In this document: positions 17,891-24,714 of the stretch, piece by piece
How the letters are laid out: each line of letters begins with the position of its first letter
Numbering within the stretch: position 1 is the stretch's first letter
Source of the DNA: a virus
Virus record (IMG/VR): IMGVR_UViG_3300045988_165964
Span: 1-41,547 of that record
Length of the DNA: 41,547 bases
Reading direction: 5' to 3' (one strand)
Notes under the pieces: generated by a model
The model's input: the letters and a program-made list of their open reading frames with translations, nothing else
The model's database searches: none
What the model was told of the DNA's origin: nothing
Position numbers and translations under genes: made by a program

Positions 17891-18502
17891 ATGGAAGGAA
17901 GTGGAATTCAGCCTGTAATGACTATGAATCCTGGCTATGCCGGAGACGGTTTTGGCTTTGGTGGAAGTGGTCTTTGGCTCTTTGCTATTCTCGCTCTCAT
18001 GTGGGGTGGAAACGGTTTCTTCGGCGGTCGTAGAGATTTCGCTGACGGAAGAGTAGCTACGGTTGAGGACTTAAACAACTCGGCAAACTTTACTCGTCTT
18101 GAGGGACAAGTAATGAACAACGGAAACCGTATAGAACAAAAAGCCGATGCCGTGTATAGCGGTATTTGTAACCTCGGTTATGAGATGGCTCAACAGTTCG
18201 GTGCGGTCGGTAAACAAATTTCGGATTGTTGCTGTGAAAACCGTTTAGCGATCGCGAATACGAACGCTCATATCGATCAGTCCGTCGCTCTTGTCAATGC
18301 AAATATAACGGCTCAGTCTCAAAAGATACTTGACCGTCTTGCAGAAGATAAGATCTCGGCTCTTCAAGGTAAGATCAGTCAACTCGAACTTCAGCAAGCA
18401 GTTGCGGGTGTCGTAAGATATCCCACCGCTATGACCTATGCTTACAATGCTAACCCGTTCTGCGGTTATGCTGCACAAGGTTGTGCTTGCGGTAACATCT
18501 AA
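17891..18502 (+). CDS. membrane-anchored coiled-coil protein with Cys-rich motifs, unknown function
   Basis: 203 aa, SD AAGGAGA. Gly-rich TM region (GFGFGGSGLWLFAILALMWGGNGFFGG), CCC motif (SDCCCENR), coiled coil, C-terminal CGYAAQGCACGNI. Confidence 0.6.
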   Translation: MEGSGIQPVMTMNPGYAGDGFGFGGSGLWLFAILALMWGGNGFFGGRRDFADGRVATVEDLNNSANFTRLEGQVMNNGNRIEQKADAVYSGICNLGYEMAQQFGAVGKQISDCCCENRLAIANTNAHIDQSVALVNANITAQSQKILDRLAEDKISALQGKISQLELQQAVAGVVRYPTAMTYAYNANPFCGYAAQGCACGNI

Positions 18503-18522
18503 GTAAGGCTCTGTCAGCCGAA

Positions 18523-18556
18523 AGGAGAGATGGGGCAACCTGTCTCTCCTATTTTA
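18523..18556 (+). terminator. hairpin plus T-run
   Basis: AGGAGAGA (18523-18530) pairs with TCTCTCCT (18543-18550), followed by ATTTTAT. Confidence 0.5.
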
Positions 18557-18572
18557 TAAAGGAGGAAAATTT

Positions 18573-18986
18573 ATGTCTTGCAGATCTTTAATCTATGTAG
18601 CAACTACTACTCCGTCCGCCGTTTTGGCTAACGGTACACTCCCCTTGGCTACGATTGTAAGGAGAAGAGGAAGAGATGTCAACCTCAGCGGAAACTCCAT
18701 AGCAATCATGGATACGGGCAGCAATTATTATCGAGTTACGGTTACAGCCACATTTACAGCTCCCGTAGCAGGTACTATTGCTCTCGCTCTTCAGCAAAAC
18801 GGAGTAGCCGTAACAGGAGCGACCGCGAGTACTACGATTACAACCGCCACTACAGAAGTCCGCAGTCTTTCGTTTACGGCGATAGTAAGGACTTTCAATG
18901 GCGGCACGATTGATAGTCTTACGGTTATAAACAGCGGACTTGCTGCTACATTCAGCAATATTGCTGTGGATGTGGAAAAGCTTTAA
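18573..18986 (+). CDS. BclA C-terminal-domain-like (C1q/TNF-like jelly roll) protein
   Basis: 137 aa, SD AAAGGAGG. DTGSNYYRVTVTATFTAPVAGTIALALQQNGVAVTGATAS and DSLTVINSGLAATFSNIAVDVEKL parallel the BclA CTD strands (ETGFYKITVIANTA...LTIQVNGVPVPGTGSS ... SASIIIEKV). No collagen repeats. Confidence 0.5.
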   Translation: MSCRSLIYVATTTPSAVLANGTLPLATIVRRRGRDVNLSGNSIAIMDTGSNYYRVTVTATFTAPVAGTIALALQQNGVAVTGATASTTITTATTEVRSLSFTAIVRTFNGGTIDSLTVINSGLAATFSNIAVDVEKL

Positions 18987-18998
18987 GGAGAAGTAAAA

Positions 18999-19562
18999 AT
19001 GATAGAAGTATTCAAAGAACTCGATGGCAGAATGCTGAAAGGAATTATGCTTCACGCTCAATTGACGGACTATTTTGATTTTCTCAATCTTCACGGTTTT
19101 AAGCGTTGGCAAGAATATAGGTTCTTTGATGAAACGGCTGAATTACGAGGGTTACACCGTTATGCTATAAACCATTGTAATAAACTCATAGGGGAATCTA
19201 CTGTAGAGAATCCAAGGATGATCCCCCAAGATTGGGGAAATTACACCCGTTTACAAGTAGACTCGGCTACTCGTAAGGCTGCTGTCAAAGAGGCTTTTTC
19301 AAAGTGGTATGAGTGGGAAAAGAGTACAAAGGAATTCTATGAAAGCAAATTCAAAACACTTACAGATAATAATAAAATAGCAGATGCTGATAAAGTTAAT
19401 TGTCTTGTATGTGCGGTTGATCAAGAATTAAAAGTTCTCACGAGGAGAATGCTTGAGTACAAAGCTGTTGATTATGATATGAGCTATATTATGTATCAGC
19501 AACCTGAGCTCCACGAATACTATAAACAAAAGACAAAGGATATCGGAATAGATATCTGCTAA
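18999..19562 (+). CDS. helical protein, unknown function (weak ferritin-like flavour)
   Basis: 187 aa, SD AAGGAGAAG. Last gene of the + arm. The ferritin-like diiron ligands are not evident. Confidence 0.55.
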   Translation: MIEVFKELDGRMLKGIMLHAQLTDYFDFLNLHGFKRWQEYRFFDETAELRGLHRYAINHCNKLIGESTVENPRMIPQDWGNYTRLQVDSATRKAAVKEAFSKWYEWEKSTKEFYESKFKTLTDNNKIADADKVNCLVCAVDQELKVLTRRMLEYKAVDYDMSYIMYQQPELHEYYKQKTKDIGIDIC

Positions 19563-19577
19563 AACTGTGCCATAAAA

Positions 19578-19601
19578 ATACCCCTGTTTTCACAGGGGTA
19601 T
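19578..19601. terminator. bidirectional rho-independent terminator between the convergent arms
   Basis: Perfect 10-bp stem ATACCCCTGT / ACAGGGGTAT with loop TTTC, an A-run upstream and TTGTTTT downstream. Confidence 0.8.
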
Positions 19602-19606
19602 TTGTT

Positions 19607-19948
19607 TTAGAATTTTATAAAAGGCTTGTCGAGGTAAACCGCAGGAAGATTTTTATCATCTATGTAAAAGTCACAGAATATTTTACGGGTATCTCCTCCC
19701 CATTGGTCTTGTATCTCCGGAAGATTTTCATTTACAGCGTCAAAGATGAGTCCTCTTTCTTTACACCATTCTACAGCTGCGTCGAGGTGATTACCGTAAC
19801 GGTCATTTCTACGAGAAGTCCAAAGAATAATCTTATGTCCCATTTTTTTGAGCTGCTTTACATTATCTATACGGGCAGGAATTTCTTCCCCAATAGAGGG
19901 GAATCTATCCGTACAAAGAGTTCCATCAAAGTCTATTGCGTAGATCAT
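19607..19948 (-). CDS. small HAD-superfamily phosphatase (deoxynucleotidase-like)
   Basis: 113 aa. DxDxT motif IDFDGT, motif II WTSR, motif IV YIDDK. SD AAGGAGG. Confidence 0.7.
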   Translation of the reverse strand: MIYAIDFDGTLCTDRFPSIGEEIPARIDNVKQLKKMGHKIILWTSRRNDRYGNHLDAAVEWCKERGLIFDAVNENLPEIQDQWGGDTRKIFCDFYIDDKNLPAVYLDKPFIKF

Positions 19949-20268
19949 TTTGCCTCCTTGGTAAGTTCAATAGAAGTTAGATCTATCTGTTCAAGATTGG
20001 TGATACTCTCATAGAGAAGATCTACAAGAGCTGTTGCCCATTCGCCGATATCTTTGAAACCCTTTTTTCTGACTTCATTCTTGAATTTATGAATCGTGTC
20101 TTTATCTCGGAGTTCTCGGTGAGAAACCGTACACAATACCCTATACAGGGACATGCCTGTTTTTTCCTTGATCTTAGCAATAGCCTCTCTATGATCTTCT
20201 GGAATATAACAGATATGCGGATTCTCTCTCGGAGCCGAGATTTTAATTTTGTTTTTCTTTTCGTACAC
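19945..20268 (-). CDS. hypothetical protein
   Basis: 107 aa, GTG start 9 nt after GGGAGG. Confidence 0.5.
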   Translation of the reverse strand: MYEKKNKIKISAPRENPHICYIPEDHREAIAKIKEKTGMSLYRVLCTVSHRELRDKDTIHKFKNEVRKKGFKDIGEWATALVDLLYESITNLEQIDLTSIELTKEAK

Positions 20269-21070
20269 GCTCGTTTACCTCCCACAAGGCTTTTAACAAA
20301 GTATTCTTCGGTTCTGCTCCGTTAAGAATAGCCTCAATTTCTTCTTTACCTCCGTCTGTATAGTCCCATCCTCTTTCATCGAAATCATAGTCAGCAGAGT
20401 ATTCTACATTTTTATCCCAGTGTCTTTCATAAAGATGAAGATCACCAACAGTATGATAATACAATCCGGCAGGAAGACCGACTTCTTTGGCAACGATTTG
20501 TAATAAAACCGTGAAGAATCCCATATCATACGGCAACCCAAGCCATATGTCGTTTGACCGCATATAAGTGTGAAGATTGAGCTTACCGTTAAAGCAAGTA
20601 AATTGCAACAAGCAAGTACACGGTGTGTCTTTTGTCGGTTTATTGCTTGCTTCTTTAATATGTAATATGCACTGACGATCGTATGGATTCTTCTTGAGTT
20701 TATCTATACAATACTGTAATTGGTCAAACCCGAATTTATGGAAAATTCTGTAACCATAAGCAGAGTTCACGGTTTCACCATCATCAGATAAGTCATACCA
20801 CATTTTGGCATATTTGCCGATATCTTCAACCTTGTTAGATCCGCTGAGATACCACTGTATTTCACCAACAAGGTATCTAAGGCTCAAATTTCTTTGAGGG
20901 TTGAGACATACATTATGATAAGGGTTTGAAACGAGAAAAGTGATATCTGTAACATGTTTGGTTTTTCCGATACGGCTTACAACGGTTTCACCGAAGTCAG
21001 AAACAAAATTATAGGCTCTCTCAAAAGCATCTGTAACCGTATCACACGGAATTGTAGGAATCATAAGCAT
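20243..21070 (-). CDS. thymidylate-synthase-family deoxypyrimidine hydroxymethylase, predicted dCMP-specific
   Basis: Gapless match to ThyA over the core: NPYDRQCIL, TPCTCLLQF (Cys151), MRSNDIWLGLPYD, GDLHLYERH. Asp182 (codon 20525-20527) replaces the dUMP-specifying Asn. MRSND, PCT and NSAYGY resemble T4 dCMP hydroxymethylase, and the ThyA C-terminal tail is absent. Confidence 0.75.
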   Translation of the reverse strand: MLMIPTIPCDTVTDAFERAYNFVSDFGETVVSRIGKTKHVTDITFLVSNPYHNVCLNPQRNLSLRYLVGEIQWYLSGSNKVEDIGKYAKMWYDLSDDGETVNSAYGYRIFHKFGFDQLQYCIDKLKKNPYDRQCILHIKEASNKPTKDTPCTCLLQFTCFNGKLNLHTYMRSNDIWLGLPYDMGFFTVLLQIVAKEVGLPAGLYYHTVGDLHLYERHWDKNVEYSADYDFDERGWDYTDGGKEEIEAILNGAEPKNTLLKALWEVNERVRKEKQN

Positions 21071-21510
21071 AGTCCTGTATCTCCTTTAATAGTAATATAA
21101 TCAGCTCCTGACTCTCTGAGTAGTTGACTGTAAGAGCCTCGGATATTTTTGATCCATCTTTCCATATCAAATTTCATATGCGGATCTCCCTCCCCTCGGT
21201 TTATGAGTCTTTGAATAATAACCTCAGTAGGACAGTCTACATAGATCAATACGGTTTGAGTCTGCTTAAAGAATTCAATGAGTTCTTTAAGTTCTTGTTC
21301 AGTAAGTTTACGCTCCTCAGGTGAATTGTAGACAAACTGACCAAAGCAGAAACGGTCAAATACAACTCCCCCAGGGGTTAACATTTGTTTGTATTCTTCG
21401 AGTGTTCTTGGTGTACTTTCGTGCCAATAGTACAGATTGAATCTTTCACAAAGATAGTTAGCCAAGGTTGATTTACCCGTACCGTCACATCCCTCAATAA
21501 CAATATTCAT
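21061..21510 (-). CDS. dNMP (thymidylate-kinase-like) kinase
   Basis: 149 aa. P-loop IEGCDGTGKST is typical of Tmk-like kinases. SD GGAGG. Confidence 0.75.
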   Translation of the reverse strand: MNIVIEGCDGTGKSTLANYLCERFNLYYWHESTPRTLEEYKQMLTPGGVVFDRFCFGQFVYNSPEERKLTEQELKELIEFFKQTQTVLIYVDCPTEVIIQRLINRGEGDPHMKFDMERWIKNIRGSYSQLLRESGADYITIKGDTGLCL

Positions 21511-22357
21511 TTATGAGTTCCTCCAGTTCATTTTGAGATATCTTAATTCTTTTTACAGGAGCGTTCTTATGAACAAGTTTAAGAACAGGATGACCGTCTT
21601 TTCCCTCAGTTAGTTTAGTGTAAGTTCCACAATCATACTTTTTACAAAGTAACGGATAAAGATTATTTCTAATCTTATCATCTTTTTCTGTTTTACTACT
21701 AAAACATCTTGAGGGAAAATTCTCGACTGTAGACTTTGTAAGAATTTGAATTACTCCTACAGAATGTCCTTTTGAAATCGCTGAGATAGCATAGTTACAA
21801 TCTTCAAAATACTCATCGGTTTCCGGAAGATTCTCAAGCGGGTACTTTGCATTGACAATAAGTATATCATCAATTTGAGATATGTTCCCATTCAATTCAA
21901 CTACACAATCCGGAGTTACACCATTGGCAAAACCGCGAGGTCTAACGGAAAGTAATGCACAATCTGGATATCTATGAAATATTGCCTGAGAGATTTCTTC
22001 AAGTCTTGCTCTCATAGCATCTATGTGAGTTTCACAATAAGATTTTCCAGATATACAAGGCATTCTATTATAGAATTGAATATAGGATAACAAGGAAACC
22101 CTATCATCCATCTGAGCATAGAAGTCAGCTCCGAGCTTTCTCATATACTTATCTATATATCTTCGAGTTTCACCGATATTATGTACATCTTCTTCAATTG
22201 CTACAATTATAGCCTCGGGAAGATTTTTCCTGTAAAGTTCATATTGTTCTTTTCTTACAAAAAAGATAAAAGCATCTTTGAATGTAGAAAAAGAAATAAG
22301 GTTTCTATAGATAGGATTGTTCTCCCATCTATCCATACTCGGAATAGCTATAATCAT
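21494..22357 (-). CDS. GT-A-like glycosyltransferase, paralog 1 (candidate DNA-base glycosyltransferase)
   Basis: ATG at 22357 after GAGGGAG, ATGA overlap with the rSAM stop. Shares IPSxxR, VRKEQxxLY, IGETRRxI, the DD acidic motif and EDxNYA with 23249..24142. Confidence 0.5.
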   Translation of the reverse strand: MIIAIPSMDRWENNPIYRNLISFSTFKDAFIFFVRKEQYELYRKNLPEAIIVAIEEDVHNIGETRRYIDKYMRKLGADFYAQMDDRVSLLSYIQFYNRMPCISGKSYCETHIDAMRARLEEISQAIFHRYPDCALLSVRPRGFANGVTPDCVVELNGNISQIDDILIVNAKYPLENLPETDEYFEDCNYAISAISKGHSVGVIQILTKSTVENFPSRCFSSKTEKDDKIRNNLYPLLCKKYDCGTYTKLTEGKDGHPVLKLVHKNAPVKRIKISQNELEELINEYCY

Positions 22358-23256
22358 TTTTCCCACTCCCTCTTTCTGATATTTGAATACGGTGTTGTTC
22401 TGTAAGTTACAATCTCGTAGTCTCTTTGAGTAGGCTCAGGCAATGTTTCTTTTCCCATCCTATCGGGAAGAAGTCCGGGACGAACGGGAGAAGTTGCACA
22501 TATAGAGCAAGGATGAAAACAGCGTATACCTTGATAGAGAAACCGACGAGCTGATTCAAAACGAGGATGCATCCAGATATCAGCAATTTCCATTTCATTG
22601 ACATTGGCGATACCGTACTCACCTCTGAAGTCATCACAACATATTGCAATATTACCATCCCAGCGTACATACATTTCCCTGAACACTTTCGTACAACGAG
22701 CTTTTTTAGGCTCAGAAAGCGGAGGCATTCCAGCACCGCAGTGATTGGTAAGATTTCTTGCAATTGTCGGTTTTGCTAACTCGATAGGTGGGTTAAAACT
22801 GATAGACTTTTTATTCTCAAAAAGTTTAGATCCGTCCCCATATACTCTGTAGGCAATGTTGTTTTCCTTTAAGAATGCTTTGATGCTATCCAGAGTACTG
22901 TCTATGTACTCATCAAAGATAAGTTCTGTCACACCTGCGGTTAATAGCCATTCAAGATTTCGTATGTCTTTCAAAACACTATAGCCGTTGGTCATCATTA
23001 TGATGTTTACATTAGGAAGTTCTTTTCTAAGATAAGCAATCATATTCAAATGATCCGGATGTAAAGTGGGTTCACCGTGTCCTGCTAAAAGTATCTTGTA
23101 GTGCCAATCGGTTTTCTTAAGACTTTCAACCGTATGAACAAGCGTGTCAAACTCCATAAAACGGAGAGTCTTTTCAAGTCCGGAAGTGCCACAAAATTCA
23201 CAATGACGGTTACAACCTTGAGTAAATTCTATTTGTATTGTATTCGGTTTATACAT
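22354..23256 (-). CDS. radical SAM enzyme with SPASM/twitch-like C-terminal Cys domain
   Basis: CNRHCEFC (Cx3Cx2C, codons 23191-23214), then GHGEPTL. C-terminal part CTKVF..WDGNIAICCDDF...IADIW...CFHPCSIC. ATG at 23256 after GGAGA. Confidence 0.85.
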   Translation of the reverse strand: MYKPNTIQIEFTQGCNRHCEFCGTSGLEKTLRFMEFDTLVHTVESLKKTDWHYKILLAGHGEPTLHPDHLNMIAYLRKELPNVNIIMMTNGYSVLKDIRNLEWLLTAGVTELIFDEYIDSTLDSIKAFLKENNIAYRVYGDGSKLFENKKSISFNPPIELAKPTIARNLTNHCGAGMPPLSEPKKARCTKVFREMYVRWDGNIAICCDDFRGEYGIANVNEMEIADIWMHPRFESARRFLYQGIRCFHPCSICATSPVRPGLLPDRMGKETLPEPTQRDYEIVTYRTTPYSNIRKREWEK

Positions 23257-24142
23257 GGTATAATCTCCAATAATTCCAATCAAATTTTACTGATGGGAAT
23301 CCTGTTTTAGATTTTTTATACACTATGCCAGGATGACCAGCATAGAATTTTTTTGCTGTTTCAGTATACCACTGATATCTAAGGTTAGCATCCGATATAC
23401 CAGAAGCATTCTCACAACCGCCAGGGCAAGAATTGATAGCAGGGCAGTTGTATAACATGTCGGTTATCGTTAAAGCCTTTCCACCGTGGTACATGATTTC
23501 AAATTGTAAAGCATAATCTTCATTTCCGCATTCGTAGTTTGGTCTATAATTTATGCCGTACTCACGCATAAAATCTAAATTGAGCCATATACATTGTATA
23601 CAAGCAGAAGAATTTACTTTTTGCGGAGCGTTAGCATAATTCATATGCCAACTATCTGGACGATAGATAACGCTACTGATTGCGATTTGAGGATCACTTT
23701 GAAGATAGATGTAATACATCCACAATTTTAATTCATCTGTCCATCTTTTAGGAGGAGTTCCATAATGTAACGAAACTTTACGCATGGATTCTTTTCCTCC
23801 TGAAGTAATTGACGGGACAGTGTGCTCAAGTTCGGTTATATCATCGTCAAATAAAAAGATATTTGAATAGTACGGCATGCACTTTTCAATGATTTGACGC
23901 CTTGTTTCACCGATTTCAGTAACATTATCTAAATAGAGAAAACCAACTTTTCCCTCCCATTTTTTATAGAGATCAGCCTGTTCTCTTCGAATACATAAAA
24001 CAATCTTCAATTCAGGTTCAACTGAAAGTTGTTTAAGGATCTTAGGATCAGGACGGTTATAACTCGGAACAAAAATAGGCGGGACTTGATCATCGGTTAT
24101 AAGCTGTTTCGCTGTTTCGAAATATTGTTCACTTCTATACAT
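23249..24142 (-). CDS. GT-A-like glycosyltransferase, paralog 2 (candidate DNA-base glycosyltransferase)
   Basis: 297 aa. GT2-like N-terminal strand IFVPSYNRPD, IGETRRQI, and the acidic motif FDDDI. Confidence 0.55.
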   Translation of the reverse strand: MYRSEQYFETAKQLITDDQVPPIFVPSYNRPDPKILKQLSVEPELKIVLCIRREQADLYKKWEGKVGFLYLDNVTEIGETRRQIIEKCMPYYSNIFLFDDDITELEHTVPSITSGGKESMRKVSLHYGTPPKRWTDELKLWMYYIYLQSDPQIAISSVIYRPDSWHMNYANAPQKVNSSACIQCIWLNLDFMREYGINYRPNYECGNEDYALQFEIMYHGGKALTITDMLYNCPAINSCPGGCENASGISDANLRYQWYTETAKKFYAGHPGIVYKKSKTGFPSVKFDWNYWRLYHV

Positions 24143-24144
24143 TG

Positions 24145-24714
24145 TTAGTTTACTCCGTAATGATTATAAAGATCTGAAAGCAATTGTCTTGAAGATATTC
24201 GAATACAACAACATCCAGACTTTGTCAGATTGTTGAAAGAGTTATCAATTTGTCGTACCCTGCTACGGGTATTGTTCTCGTTCAATGGCTTGGTATTTCC
24301 TGCTTGAAGTCTTCTATTTTTTATATTCTCAATACATTTTTCGATAGGGGTATCAAGATAATAAAACACTGTATTTGCTTGAGGAGAAATACGGTTAGAA
24401 AAGTTAGACCATCTTGAAGATAGAGTAGAAACTAAAAGACCCTCAAAAATGACATTGTAACCGCCATTGAGAAGAGTTTGTATTCTTTCTTCAATCTCAT
24501 CTTGAGATCTAACCGTATCACATCCTCCACAAGCATTGTAATATGAGCCTACAATTGCCCAGCCATTTCTGGAATTGTAATATCCGAGTATTTTTCCGGA
24601 AGAGTCTTTCCACTCATTCCAATCTTCTAATGAAAGAAGTTGATGAATAATGTAAGATTTACCACTTCCGGAAGTTCCTCGTATATTTATAACAATTTGC
24701 TTAGAATGTTCCAT
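24145..24714 (-). CDS. small P-loop kinase (candidate DNA 5-hydroxymethylpyrimidine kinase)
   Basis: 189 aa. Walker A GTSGSGKS (24655-24678) and Walker B-like VIFEG. The role assignment rests on gene context. Confidence 0.5.
   Translation of the reverse strand: MEHSKQIVINIRGTSGSGKSYIIHQLLSLEDWNEWKDSSGKILGYYNSRNGWAIVGSYYNACGGCDTVRSQDEIEERIQTLLNGGYNVIFEGLLVSTLSSRWSNFSNRISPQANTVFYYLDTPIEKCIENIKNRRLQAGNTKPLNENNTRSRVRQIDNSFNNLTKSGCCCIRISSRQLLSDLYNHYGVN

Noticed and set aside
18999-19562. Ferritin/Dps-like iron-storage protein
   Set aside because: Only a vague helix A/B resemblance. The ExxH and other diiron ligands are not in register. Left as hypothetical.
20243-21070. Plain thymidylate synthase (ThyA) annotation
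   Set aside because: Asp replaces the uracil-specifying Asn, PCT replaces PCH at the nucleophile, and the ThyA C-terminal tail is missing. The hydroxymethylase interpretation is preferred, though it is unproven.
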